A stretch of DNA of 64,000 nt, from NCBI GenBank assembly GCA_964016885.1, contig OZ024742.1, forward strand, positions 57,598,001-57,662,000, in the 5' to 3' direction. The stretch comes from Eledone cirrhosa (Eukaryota). Shown here piece by piece: positions 1 through 12,968 of this stretch (position 1 is the first letter of the stretch; each line of letters begins with the position of its first letter). The notes under the pieces were generated by a model. It saw only the letters and a list, made by a program, of their open reading frames with translations, did no database searches and was not told the DNA's origin. Position numbers and translations under genes: made by a program.

Positions 1-2160
1 GTTGGTGGTGGAGGTAGTGGTCGTGATAGTGTTGGTGGTGGTGGTGGAGGTAGTGGTGGTGGTAGTGATGGTGGTGGAGGTAGTGGTCGTGATAGTGTTG
101 GTGGTGGAGGTAGTGGTCGTGGTAGTGTTGGTGGTGGAGGTAGTGGTCGTGGTAGTGTTGGGGGTGGAGGTAGTGGTCGTGGTAGTGTTGGTGGTGGAGG
201 TAGTGGTCGTGGTAGTGTTGGTGGTGGAGGTAGTGGTCGTGATAGTGTTGGGGTGGAGGTAGTGGTCGTGATAGTGTTGGTGGTGGTGGAAGTAGTGGTG
301 GTGGTAGTGATGGTGGTGGAGGTAGTGGTCGTGGTAGTGGTGGTGGTGGAGGTAGTGGTCGTGGTAGTGGTGGTGGTGGAGGTAGTGGTCGTGGTAGTGT
401 TAGTGGTGGAGGTAGTGGTCGTGGTAGTGGTGGTGGTGGAGGTAGTGGTTTGTGGTAGTGGTGGTGGTGGAAGTAGTGGTCGTGGTAGTGTTGGTGGTGG
501 TGGTGGTAGTGGTCGTGGTAGTGGTGGTGGTGGAGGTAGTGGTCGTCGTAGTGGTGGTGGTGGATGTAGTGGTCGTGATAGTGTTGGTGGTGGAGGTAGT
601 GGTCGTCGTAGTGTTGGTGGTGGAGGTAGTGGTCGTGGTAGTGTTGGTGGTGGAGGTAGTGGTCGTGGTAGTGTTGGTGGTGGTGGTGGAGGTAGTGGTG
701 GTGGTAGTGATGGTGGTGGAGGTAGTGGTCGTGATAGTGTTGGTGGTGGAGGTAGTGGTCGTGGTAGTGTTGGTGGTGGAGGTAGTGGTCGTGGTAGTGT
801 TGGTGGTGGTGGAGGTAGTGGTCGTGGTAGTGTTGGTGGTGGAGGTAGTGGTCGTGGTAGTGTTGGTGGTGGAGGTAGTGGTGGTGGTAGTGATGTTGGT
901 GGAGGTAGTGGTCGTGATAGTGTTGGTGGTGGAGGTAGTGGTCGTGGTAGTGTTGGTGGTGGAGGTAGTGGTCGTGATAGTGTTGGGGGTGGAGGTAGTG
1001 GTCGTGGTAGTGTTGGTGGTGGAGGTAGTGGTCGTGGTAGTGTTGGTGGTGGAGGTAGTGGTCGTGGTAGTGTTGGTGGTGGAGGTAGTGGTCGTGGTAG
1101 TGTTGGTGGTGGAGGTAGTGGTCGTGATAGTGTTGGGGGTGGAGGTAGTGGTCGTGATAGTGTTGCTGGTGGTGGAAGTAGTGGTGGTGGTAGTGATGGT
1201 GGTGGAGGTAGTGGTCGTGATAGTGTTGGTCGTGGAGGTAGTGGTCCTGGTAGTGTTGGTGGTAGTGGAGGTAGTGGTCGTGGTAGTGTTGGTGGTGGAG
1301 GTAGTGGTCGTGGTAGTGTTAGTGGTGGAGGTAGTGGTCGTGGTAGTGGTGGTGGTGGAGGTAGTGGTCGTGGTAGTGGTGGTGGTGGAGGTAGTGGTCG
1401 TGGTAGTGTTAGTGGTGGAGGTAGTGGTCGTGGTAGTGGTGGTGGTGGAGGTAGTGGTTTGTGGTAGTGGTGGTGGTGGTGGTGGTGGAGGTAGTGGTCG
1501 TGGTAGTGTTGGTGGTGGTGGTGGAGGTAGTGGTGGTGGTAGTGATGGTGGTGGAGGTAGTGGTCGTGATAGTGTTGGTGGTGGAGGTAGTGGTCGTGGT
1601 AGTGTTGGTGGTGGAGGTAGTGGTCGTGGTAGTGTTGGTGGTGGTGGAGGTAGTGGTCGTGGTAGTGTTGGTGGTGGAGGTAGTGGTCGTGGTAGTGTTG
1701 GTGGTGGAGGTAGTGGTCGTCGTCTTCGTGGTAGTGTTGTTGGTGGTGGTGGTCGTGGTGGTGGTCGTCGTTTTCGTGGTAGTGTTGGTGGTGGTGGTGG
1801 TCGTCGTTTTCGTGGTAGTGTTGTTGGTGGTGGTGGTCGTCGTCGTTTTCGTGGTAGTGTTCGTGGTGGTGGTGGTCGTGGTGGTGGTCGTCGTTTTCGT
1901 GGTAGTGTTGGTGGTGGTGGTCGTCGTCGTTTTCGTGGTAGTGTACGTGGTGGTGGTGGTGGCGATGGCGGTGACAGTGTTTGTGATGGTGGTGGAGGCG
2001 GTGGTGGTGGTCGTCGTCGTCGTCGTGATTGTGGTGGCAGTGTTGGTGGTGGTCGTGGTGGTTGTCGTGGTGGCAATGTTGTTGGTGGTGGTGGAGGTGG
2101 TGGTCGTGGTGACCGTGGTGGTGGTTGCGGTGGGGCGGTGGTCGTTGTAGTGGTGGCATT
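1..2160. repeat. GGT-derived minisatellite, ~30-bp unit GGTGGTGGAGGTAGTGGTCGTGGTAGTGTT, degrading to GGT/CGT repeats after ~1720
   Basis: Unit read directly. The poly-Val, Gly/Ser and Thr/Pro ORFs over it are translations of the repeat. Confidence 0.95.
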
Positions 2161-2270
2161 GTAAGGGGGGGAGGGGTCGTCGTTGTAGTGACGGTGATGG
2201 TGATGACGATGATGATAACAGAAAGTATATATGTTTACCTTCTAGTAATTAAGAACGTTAGCAAAACAAA

Positions 2271-2305
<35 letters not shown>

Positions 2306-2439
2306 TAACAACAACAAAAACAACAATCATAACATTGCTAATTAACCAATGTGTTTCCCAAATAATAACGAAAAAAGACATCTTTTTTCACATCACAGAG
2401 AGCCGAATAAAAAGTTCCTTCTTTTTGAAGGTATTTCGA

Positions 2440-2458
2440 ATATGTGTATATGGATGTA

Positions 2459-2527
<69 letters not shown>

Positions 2528-3225
2528 CTGTGTAAGTGTGTGTGTGTGTGCGCGTATGTGGGGGGGGTATGAATGTATGTATTATGTATGTGTGTGTGTG
2601 TGTGTGTATATATGTGAATGTATGTATTATGTATGTATGTACTTATGTATGTATATATGTATGTATGTATATGTATAGATAGGTAGGTAGGTAGATAGGC
2701 ATGTAGGTATGTATGTGGGTAGGTAGGTAGGTAGGTAGGTAGGTAGGTAGGTAGGTAGGTAGGTAGGTAGGTAGGTAGGTAGGTAGGTAGGTAGGTATGA
2801 ATGCATGTCTATGTCTATAACTGTATGTATGTGTGTATGTATGTGTGTGTATATGCATGTTTGTGTATGTAAATATAAGTATGATTGTATTTTTGTATGT
2901 ATATGTAAATGTGTTTGTAAGTATGTATATATATATATATATATATGTATGTACGAATGTATGTATGTATGCATATATGGATGGATGAATGCATGTACGT
3001 GTGTGCATGCAATTGGTATAGCTGTTGCCAATTCTTAAAGAAAATTATTTAGAAGTGTCTACGCCAGCCACACGAATACGTTTCTAAATACTTGACCTCA
3101 TATCATATATATATGTGTTTGTGTGTGTATATATATACATATATACATATACATATACGTATATATATATACATACATACATATATATATATTTATAAAT
3201 ACATATATGTGTGTGTGTGTGTGTG
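2440..3225. repeat. Compound microsatellite: (TG)n, (TATG)n, (TAGG)n ~2680-2796, (TA)n
   Basis: Read directly. Confidence 0.95.
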
Positions 3226-3445
3226 GATTGACAGAGATGAGGCTGCGTGGTTACTGATAACGAGTGTTAGAAAAGGGAACACAAACAAGATATAGATATT
3301 TTCCCTTCATCAGTTGTCTACTACGGGTCACAAATGTTTCAGCGCATTTTAGACAATGCATCTATTCGTAGCGCGCCCATAACTTATTATCGACAAGTTA
3401 TGTATGTATTTATAAATTATATGTATGTATGTGTGTATATATATA

Positions 3446-3595
3446 CAGGTAAAATTCTGTTATAACGAATACCATTATAACGAATTTTTCAGTATAACAA
3501 ACGCTCGATTTGTTTCGGTCGATCTCGTTATAAAGAATTTTTCATTACAACGTTTTTTTATACCACGTGAATTTCGTTAAAACGGTATTTCACTG
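3446..3595. mobile_element. Decayed Tigger/pogo-like MITE
   Basis: Starts TA|CAGGTAAAATTCTGTTATAACGAA and ends TTCGTTAAAACGGTATTTCACTG, forming imperfect terminal inverted repeats. Internal repeated TTATAACG motifs. Confidence 0.6.
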
Positions 3596-4335
3596 AACAT
3601 ATATATATTATGAATTATCGAAGTACTTGGTTGATTTGAAATTTGAAAATGTGCGATTCCCAAACGCAAGAGGTAATTGTAACAATAGTCGCTCACCATA
3701 AATAATAGCTAAGAAAATCTGTAATTACAGATATTTTCAACGTTTGAGTTTCCCACATTTTCAAATATGTTGTGTGTGTATGTGTATGTATGTGTATATA
3801 TATATATATATATGTTTGTATGTATAAACGGAAAAAATGAAACGAAATTTCATTTCCCACTCTTAGTACGGCTGTTACTTAAATATAAGTATGTATACGT
3901 ACATACATATATGTATACAGACGTACAGTAGTATGTATATATATATATATACATACATGCACACATATATATATATGTACGTAAGGATTCGCCGAACATT
4001 TATCATAATGCTCGGTGTGTTTGTAAACAAACATCCCGAATTAAGCCGTACAGTGTCTAGCAACCATCGTTGCTCATTTGTTCAACACTGACAAAGGAGC
4101 GCTGTACTAGTTTCAAGCTTATTAGTTATCGTCAGCAACGTATACCTTCCTGCCAGATGATTGAACGTCTGAAAGTATATACTATCCTTATGCATATTAA
4201 TATTACATACTTATATTTAATGTATGTATATATATATATACATTCATATAGCATGGGTGAATGGTGAAGAAGCCCGTTTCCCAATCATTAGGTCCAATTG
4301 GGTACATGTATCTGTGAAATGCTCAGCCACATACG

Positions 4336-4930
<595 letters not shown>

Positions 4931-5196
4931 CTACCGCTCCGAGAGAGAATCTTTCAACAATTCTTTAAAATATATCTTAGCTCTCTAATTAGCAAATCAA
5001 CTCTGTAAATAAAAGATTTTTTTGATCCCCTTTTTACCTTCTATTATTTTTTCCTCTATACTTGATTCTTTGGTGAAAGTTGTTTTTCCAATATTTTATT
5101 ATTAAACAGAGCTTCCTTCTCTATATTTATTCTTCAATCTAATTACTCGTGTTAGGCAAAGCATTCATTCTTTCACAATTGTTTCCAGTAGATTCG

Positions 5197-5657
5197 TTGG
5201 TGTTGTTGCTGGGTTTTTGTTTTTTGCTGTTGCTGCTGTTGTAGTGCGTGTTGTTATTGTTGTTGTTGTTGTTGTTGTGTTGATGCTGTTGTTGATGTTG
5301 TTGTGCGTGTTGTTGTTGCTGTTGTTGTTGTTGTTGTTGTTGTGTTGATGCTGTTCTTATGCGTGTTGTTGTTGTTGTTGTTGTTGTTGTGTTGATGCTG
5401 TTCTTGTGTGTGTTGTTGTTGTTGTTGTTGATGATGCTGCTGTTGTGCGTGTTGTTGTTGTGTTGATGCTGTTGTTGGTGTTGTTGTGCGTGTTGTTGTT
5501 GTTGCGGTTGTTATTGTTGTTGTTGTTGTTGTTGTGTTGATGCTGTTCTTGTGCGTGTTGTTGTTGCTGATGCTGTTCCGCATGTTGTTGTTCTTCTTCT
5601 TCTTGTTGATGTACGTGTTGTTGTTGTTGTTGTTGATGATGATGATGCTGTTGTGCG

Positions 5658-5690
<33 letters not shown>

Positions 5691-5813
5691 GCATGTTGTT
5701 GTTGTTGTTGTGCATGTTGTTGTTGTTGTTGTTGTTGTTTTTGTTGATGATGCTGCTGTTGTTGTTGTTGTTGTTGTTGTTGTTGATGCTGTTGTGCATG
5801 TTGTTGTTGTGCA

Positions 5814-5862
<49 letters not shown>

Positions 5863-6172
5863 GATGCTGTTGTGCGTGTTCTTGGTGATGCTGTTGATGT
5901 TATAAGTGCTGAGCTTGTTGCTGCTTCTGTTGTTGCTGTTGTTGTTCCTGTTGGTGGTGTTGCTGCTGTTGTTGCTATGAAGTACCTGTTGTTGTTGTTG
6001 GTGGGGTTGGTGTTGGTGATAGTGTTATTGTTGGTGGTGCTGCTGTTGTTATTGTTGCTGCTGTTGGTGTTATATAGCTGTTGTTGTTATTGTTGCGGTT
6101 GCTGTTGTTGCTATTGTTGCTGTTGTGTAGCTGCTGCTGTTGGTGCTATTCTTGTTGTTGTTGTAGTTGTTT

Positions 6173-6228
<56 letters not shown>

Positions 6229-6243
6229 GATGGTGATGATGGT
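5197..6243. repeat. (GTT)n-based compound trinucleotide repeat with GAT/GCT/GTGCGT interruptions
   Basis: Read directly. Confidence 0.95.
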
Positions 6244-6270
6244 GGGATTTTTCTTCCGTTTATTATTGCC

Positions 6271-6438
6271 ATGTTTTGCAGCATAGAGTTACGGCCCTTT
6301 ATGATCTGAGTTCAAATCCCGCCGAGGTTAACTTTGCCTTTCATCCTTACGAGGTCGATAAAATAAAGTACCAGTAATGCACTGGGATAATTGCTGGCCT
6401 TGTGCCAAAAGTAGAAATAATTTTATTATTATTGTTAT
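6271..6438 (+). mobile_element. SINE family 1 copy (B-box-like GAGTTCAAATCCC, core GCCTTTCATCC..GGTCGATAAAATAAAGTACCAG, ATT tail)
   Basis: The same motifs recur about 15 times in this window. The core resembles, from recall, the Meta-domain class of tRNA-derived SINEs. Confidence 0.8.
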
Positions 6439-6439
6439 T

Positions 6440-6634
6440 AGAGCGTCGGACAACACGTTTTCAGGCATATAGTTAGGGCCCTTTACGTTCTGAGTTCAAA
6501 TCCCGCATTGGTTAGTTTTGCCTTTCACCTTTATGGGGGTTGATAAAATAAAGTACCTGTAATGCACTGGGGTCGGTTTAATCGACTCTCCCCTCCCAAA
6601 AATTGTTGGCCTTGTGCCGAAATCAGAAACAATT

Positions 6635-6637
<3 letters not shown>
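6440..6637 (+). mobile_element. SINE family 1 copy, head-to-tail with the previous one
   Basis: AGAGCGTCGGACAAC...GAGTTCAAATCCC...GATAAAATAAAGTACC...GGCCTTGTGCC..AGAAACAATTATT. Confidence 0.8.
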
Positions 6638-6667
<30 letters not shown>

Positions 6668-6804
6668 GATGATGATGATGATGATGATGATGCTGTTGTT
6701 GTTGGTGGTGGTGGTAGTGGTGGTGGTGGTGGTGGTGCTGCTGCTGCTGTTGTTGATGTTGGTGGTGGTGGTGCTGCTGCTGTTGTTGGTGGTGGTGGTG
6801 GTGG

Positions 6805-6839
<35 letters not shown>

Positions 6840-6960
6840 GTGGTGGTGGTGGTGGTGGTGGTGGTGGTGGTGGTGGTGGTGTTGCTGCTGTTGTTGATGT
6901 TGTTGTTGGTGGTGGTGGTGGTGGTGGTGCTGCTGTTGTTGGTGGTGGTGGTGCTGCTGC

Positions 6961-6991
<31 letters not shown>

Positions 6992-7363
6992 GGTGCTGCT
7001 GCTGCTGTTGTTGATGTTGTTGGTGGTGGTGGTGGTGGTGGTGCTACTGTTGTTGGTGGTGGTGGTGGTGGTGCTACTGTTGTTGGTGGTGATGGTGGTG
7101 CTGCTGCTGCTGTTGTTGTTGGTGGTGGTGGTGGTGCTGTTGGTGGTGGTGGTGGTGGTGGTGCTGCTGCTGCTGCTGTTGGTGGTGGTGGTGCTGCTGC
7201 TGTTGTTGTTGTTGGTGGTGGTGGTGGTGGTGGTGGTGGTGGTGGTGCTGCTGTTGTTGATGTTGGTGGTGGTGGTGCTGCTGCTGTTGTTGGTGGTGGT
7301 GGTGGTGGTGGTGGTGGTGCTGCTGCTGTTGTTGATGTTGGTGGTGGTGGTGGCGCTGCTGTT
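6638..7363. repeat. Compound (GGT)n/(GCT)n/(GTT)n trinucleotide repeat
   Basis: Read directly. Confidence 0.95.
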
Positions 7364-7884
7364 GAAAAGAGGTTGAACAGTAAAATACCATGGTTTATTG
7401 ATAAATACAATTTGTATTTCCTTTCATAAAAGCTAGATTTCCGTATAATTACTTTCTTGAGAGCCAATACAAGGCAAAACTTTTTTCGGATTAGGTGATA
7501 TTTTTTCCGTTTATTTTATTTTAAAAGATATTTCTGTTGGAGAGCAATTAGAATTATATCTATGGAGAAGTTAGTTCTTGCCAACTAATATTAGATACGG
7601 AGAACAGAAAATATCACTTGGATTGTAATCTGTGTGTCTTTTCATAAATTCACTAAGATATTTTCTACACCCTTGGGAAATGTAGCAAAATATATTATGA
7701 GATACCTGTCCCCTTAAGGTTCCTACTAAATGTACTATTATATCACTGATACCTCAGCCATCACATCGCAGACAGTGGGTCAGGCTGGGAGAGTTGCTTG
7801 TAATGCACTATTTATTTTTTATTGACAATAAAACGTTTGCTTTCTTTGTCCGTCTTATCCTTTAACGATTTGTATAATATATAT

Positions 7885-7930
<46 letters not shown>

Positions 7931-8014
7931 AAAGGTAAACAGAAATAACAACACAATCGGTACAATATATGGAAGGTATATATTAGGTTAACGCTTGATA
8001 TAGTAGGAAGAGGG

Positions 8015-8050
8015 TCTTAACGTTTCGGACGCTAGTCCTTCATCAGAAGA
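8015..8050 (-). ncRNA. Minimal hammerhead ribozyme motif (Penelope/retrozyme type)
   Basis: Minus strand reads UCUU-CUGAUGA-A-GGAC-uagc-GUCC-GAAA-C-GUU-AAGA: both core boxes, 4-bp stem I, 4-bp stem II and a palindromic stem III (AACGUU). There is one extra A after the first box. Confidence 0.65.
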
Positions 8051-8240
8051 AAGAATGAGAAATAAAATAGATTGAGGAGACGGGCGGGTTGGAATTGGAA
8101 AAAATGTCTTAAAAATAACAGGTCCATTCATGTTGACATCTCTTGCAAAACTGTTGGGGCTGGCGTTTTGTGTATGATTTGTTTTTTAGAAAAGTGGATG
8201 ATGACAGGCGTTTACCTATATATATATATACACACACATA

Positions 8241-8552
8241 CAGTGGAACAAATCGGCTCACGAACAATTTTTCCGAACATAAAACGTCTCGGGTGACGAA
8301 CAGTGTCTCGAGTAACGAATGCGCAAGCTGGCAACAATGGTTGGCGATAAGCTGGAAGTATCGGCGGGAAAGCGTCACTTGCTGTGCAGTTAGTTATTAT
8401 GGTAATATCTCTCTGTCTTTCACACCCAGTCTCTCTCTCACTGTATTTCTCTCTCAACATTTCGTATGGGGAAAATTGTTTCGATTTGCGAACATTTCGC
8501 GTAACAAACGACGTTCAGGAACAAATTAAGTTCGTCAACCGTGGTTCCGCTT
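8241..8552. mobile_element. Tigger/pogo-like MITE
   Basis: TA|CAGTGGAAC..CTCACGAAC at the left, GTTCGTCAACCGTGGTTCCGCTT|TA at the right, and repeated ACGAAC subterminal motifs. Confidence 0.6.
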
Positions 8553-8619
8553 TATATATGTATGTGTGTGCGTGTGTGTGTAATAAAAATGGCAAACACA
8601 GATGTATAAAAGCAATAAG

Positions 8620-8690
8620 TGTTAATAGGTTCACGCTTTTGGTGAAAGAGAAAAAAGTTCAACGTATCGGGCGTTAGTCTTTCATCAGGA
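8620..8690 (-). mobile_element. Degenerate second copy of the hammerhead-bearing repeat seen at ~7975-8050
   Basis: Shares TAGGTT(A/C)ACGCTT and AACGT(T/A)TCGG.CG.TAGTC.TTCATCAG. The GAAA box is changed to GAUA. Confidence 0.55.
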
Positions 8691-9039
8691 GAGTACAAAT
8701 AGAAAATAACTAAAACGCACCCACATGTTCCCCTTCTTTCTATTTTGTATTTTCTAACCTCTCTCTCTCTCCCTCTCTCTCACTCTCTCTATATATATAT
8801 ATATCGGAATACAAAAAACAACAAGCGACAACGCAGGAGTACAAGATACAAATGGTATTAGGTTCACGCTTAGTGTATATGGTAATAATAAATGTGAAGA
8901 CTAAAATCCGAAGAGGGCTCGATAAGGATTATTTATATATATATTTATTATATGTACAGTCAGAATATCCCGTAAAAGGGTGAAAGCAGCGATTCTTTGC
9001 TTGAGGTGGAGGGAGGGAGAGAGAATTGAACCATGACCA

Positions 9040-9375
9040 AATGGTTAAGCGGTTTGGTTCGCAATCATTAGGTCCTGGGTTCAATTCCATTGCATTTTGG
9101 CTTCGTGTTATTTACCATAGCCTTTGGTTGATCCATAGCAAGTGAGTGGAATTTGGTTAACGGAAACTGTTTGGAAGTCCGTCGGACTGACGGATACTGT
9201 AATTCAAAGAACCAGTGTTATCAAACACTGTCACATTGAATCTCCCTGAGAATTACGTCATGGGCACACGTGTGCATGTGGAATGCTCAGCCACTTACAT
9301 GTTAACTTTATTAGCTGACTGGTCCATTGATTGAACAACAGGGCTACTTATTCTCGAAACCGACGTAGATCCATC
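9040..9375 (+). mobile_element. tRNA-derived SINE, family 2
   Basis: A-box TGGTTAAGCGG, B-box GGTTCAATTCC. The 3' part (GTGGAATGCTCAGCCAC...CGAAAC..AGATCCAT) recurs at ~4300-4330 and ~11780-11875. Confidence 0.65.
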
Positions 9376-9656
9376 GATCGATCCACGTATAAAAAAAAAG
9401 ATGATTTAAAATTTTTTTTTTCCTTCTTCCAGATAATAAAGAAGACAACATTGGTAGCGTTAGATGTCAGCTAGTTTGACCAATTCCATATGAAATGCTT
9501 GTTACTAAATATAAAGATAGGTTTTATTTATTGGATGATGCCCTCACCAGGGGCAACAGATGATTAGGATTGGCATTTTGTAGCTACAGAAGTGATTATT
9601 AGCTAAACCTTTCAGGAGAGTTTTCCAGAAGAATGGAAACCAATATTAGAATATAT

Positions 9657-9871
<215 letters not shown>

Positions 9872-9872
9872 T

Positions 9873-10361
9873 AAGAAATGCGCTAGCAGCTGAAGTGGAT
9901 GATAAAGTTATATCTGTATAAATACAGAGCGTGTAACCGAGACTACACCAGCGTGTATAAATATATACACATATCTAATATGTAGGCATGGAAGCATGCC
10001 AAAAAATACGAATTTCCCTGTAAATTGAAAACATGATAAACATCTTTAATCGGTTTTCGGATCTTATTGAACCCTCTTCAGAAGACGTGTATATTATCCA
10101 ACCAACTACAAGAAAACTTGTATTTGATGGTTATATATACCGATTCGCTCTTAGTATTATTCTGAAATGGGCATAAGGATGTGCACATAATTAGCGCCCG
10201 TGTTAGTAATTTATTAAGTTATATAGTAAGAAGTGTATGATAAAGTTATATCATACACTTCGGCTGCTAGCGCACTTCCTATATATTAGATATGTATATA
10301 TATTTATACACGTTGGTGCAGTCTCGGTTAAATACTCTGTATTTATACAGATATAACTTTA
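9873..10361. mobile_element. Fold-back element with 84-bp inverted arms around a hammerhead motif; Penelope pseudo-LTR-like relic
   Basis: 9903-9986 is the near-perfect reverse complement of 10278-10361. 9873-9903 is inverted at ~10249-10280. A perfect 12-bp hairpin lies at 10231-10260. Confidence 0.65.
10041..10087 (-). ncRNA. Minimal hammerhead ribozyme motif
   Basis: Minus strand reads CGUCUU-CUGAAGA-G-GGUUC-aauaa-GAUCC-GAAA-ACCGAU-UA-AAGAUG: 6-bp stem I (one G-U), stem II with one mismatch, near-palindromic stem III and a UUA triplet. Confidence 0.65.
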
Positions 10362-10494
10362 TAATATATGCGACTTCTGCTGGAATCCATTAGACGACAC
10401 TAGCCGTCAGCTTTTCAATATTCATAGCTAGAAGGCTTTCCAAATGCATATTCGTAAACATACCATATATCATTAGATATACGAAATACACATA

Positions 10495-10496
<2 letters not shown>

Positions 10497-10563
<67 letters not shown>

Positions 10564-10710
10564 ATTAGTCTTCCTTATATTTTTCTCTTTTCACTCGTTC
10601 TTTTGTCTTTGACTATTTCCATTCTTTCCTGCATATATACAGTATATATATAGAAAGAGAGGGGGTTGACAGACAGACAGACAATCAGTTAGACAGATAA
10701 ACAGAGAGAC

Positions 10711-10792
<82 letters not shown>
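10497..10792. repeat. (TA)n, (GACA)n and (AG)n microsatellites
   Basis: Read directly. Confidence 0.9.
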
Positions 10793-10797
<5 letters not shown>

Positions 10798-11132
10798 CAT
10801 TCTCCAATTCGTATGCACCTAGAACATCAGTAGTTCGTTATATCTGATTTCTGGTATGACTGAAAGTGTATAATATATCATTTTGAATATTCAACACCTA
10901 TTTTATCGAAGCTATGTAATTTTAACAGATTGCCTACAAATTGCTCTTTATTTTTCTTATTGTTTAGTTGTTTTTTTTATTTACTTCCTTTTTGCCAATT
11001 TATTTCCCGTTCTTTTGATATTTCGCCAAAGCTGAAAAACAAAACTGTGGCCAGCGATGGAGTTTCTACGTGGTTGATAGAAAATACTTCCTGAAAACTC
11101 ACTGAACTCTCCCTGGAATTACCACTCAGCCG

Positions 11133-11345
11133 TAATAATAGTTTCTTTCTAATATTGACTCAAGCCAGCAATTTGGGGGAAGGGGAAGCTCAACCATACC
11201 GATCCCGGTACTTAACTGGTACTTTGTTTTATCGACCCCGGAAGGATGACAGGCAAAGGGATTTGAAACCAGACGTAAAAGGTTATAATGAAATGCTATA
11301 ATGAAATTCATCCAACGCGCTAACGATTTAGACAATCTACGACCC
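11133..11345 (-). mobile_element. SINE family 1 copy
   Basis: GCCAGCAATTTGGGGG...CTGGTACTTTGTTTTATCGACCCCGGAAGGATGACAGGCAAAG is the reverse complement of the core. Confidence 0.8.
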
Positions 11346-11354
11346 TTACTCTGC

Positions 11355-11582
11355 TATAATAATGGTTTCTTATATAGGCACAAGGCCAGCAATTTTGGGG
11401 GAGGGGAAAGTCGATTAAATCGACCCCAGTACGTGACTGGTACTTTATCTTATCGACCCCGTGAGGATGAAAGGCAAAGTTAACCTCGGCGGGATTTTAA
11501 ACTCAGATCGTAAAGGGCCGTAACTCCATGCTGCCAAGCATGTTGTCCAACGCCCTACCGATACTGCCAATCCGCTGCCCTT
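11355..11582 (-). mobile_element. SINE family 1 copy (near full length)
   Basis: GGCACAAGGCCAGCAATTTT...GGATGAAAGGCAAAGTTAACCTCGGCGGGATTT...TACTGCCAATCCGCTGCC. Confidence 0.85.
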
Positions 11583-12082
11583 TACTCTGCTATAATAATA
11601 ATAATAAAAGAAAAGAAAAGAAAGCACATTGGATAATGTAATCCAAATCCCCCTCTTCCTCGTCTTCGTTATACAAAGAGATGAGATGGTCACAGCTTAA
11701 ACGTTTTTGCTAATAAGTTCGCTCCATCGAGGCTGGTCTCAGGCTAATATCAACAATAAAAACGAGCCTTATACATCTATTTGTGGATTACACAGTTACA
11801 TGTATGTTACTTTCACCAGCTGGCTGTTCCGTTGATCGCAGAACAATCATCATCGAAACTGGCAGAGATCCATTCTATTCTATTTGCAGTGAAATCATAA
11901 GATGACTTTCCAGTAAACTATCACCATGATACTGCTTTTGATTCCCGTTTGAAGTTAATTTGTTTTAGTTTACGTTGCTTATTACCTTAGGAAAGCATGA
12001 ACTTCACAAATTCCTATTTTCCACCTCATTACACCTTACCCAAATTGGAAATTGAATCTGGTTAATGTGCATGTTTTCTGTT

Positions 12083-12222
12083 GATAATTGTTTCTACTTT
12101 TAGCACAAGGCCAGCAATTACCCAGTACATTACTGGTACTTTATTTTATCGACCCCGTAAGGATGAAAGGCAAAGTTAACCTCGGCGGGATTTGAACTCA
12201 GAATGGCAAGGGCAGTAACTCT
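12083..12222 (-). mobile_element. SINE family 1 copy (short variant lacking the GTCGAT..ATCGAC segment, like 6271 and 18388)
   Basis: Core motif match. Confidence 0.8.
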
Positions 12223-12264
12223 ATGCGTCGAAAGTTTGTGACGTTAGCACAAAGCTATGAGTTT

Positions 12265-12514
12265 GAGTGAAGGGGAGAAGTGAGAGAGAGGGGGCAGAGA
12301 AGGAGAGAAAGAGGGGGCCAGAGTGGGAGAGCGGAGGGTAGTGTGGGAGAGAGGGAGGGGTGTGAGGGTGGAGCGGAGGGGAGTGAGAGGGTGAGAGGGA
12401 GAGAGGGAGCGAGAGATGGAGGAACGGAGGAGAGAAAGAAAAGGAGAGGAGAGAGAGAGGGAAAGAGGGAGAGAGAGAAAATGAGAGAGGGAGAAGTGGA
12501 AGGAGTGAGGTGGG

Positions 12515-12579
<65 letters not shown>

Positions 12580-12622
12580 AGAAGGAAAGGGATAGGAAAA
12601 TGGAGAGAAAGGGAGAGTGAGA
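12265..12622. repeat. Polypurine (GA-rich) tract including (AG)n ~12518-12575
   Basis: Read directly. Confidence 0.9.
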
Positions 12623-12624
12623 AT

Positions 12625-12968
12625 TAATTAGATCGACCTTTGTACTAATCTGATCACTTATTTTATCGACCTCCGAGTCAAATTTCGCAACAGCAGAATT
12701 CGAAACCAGAACATACAAAATGAATTTAAATACTGATTTACAACATAAACATAAATCCTCAATTTCTTTTCTTTTTTTTAAGAGGGGGGATAGTCGATTA
12801 AATCGGCCTCAGTATTTAATTGGTATATTTATAACACTTGGAAGGATGAAAAACAAATTTGATCCCGGCGGAATTTGAACTCGGAATCTAAAGTTCCGTA
12901 GATAAATACCAAGAACATACTGTACGGTATTTAGTCTGAGTTTTCACGTTTCTACCAGTCTGCTGTCC
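12625..12968 (-). mobile_element. Two decayed SINE family 1 copies (~12625-12735 and ~12783-12968)
   Basis: TTATTTTATCGACC; GGAAGGATGAAA..CAAA..TGATCCCGGCGGAATTTGAACTC. Confidence 0.65.

Noticed and set aside
2-2164. Long Gly/Ser-rich, poly-Val and Thr/Pro ORFs (possible structural protein or mucin)
   Set aside because: They come from a triplet minisatellite. The register shifts at ~253, ~450 and ~1460, and there is no ATG start, signal peptide or unique coding flank.
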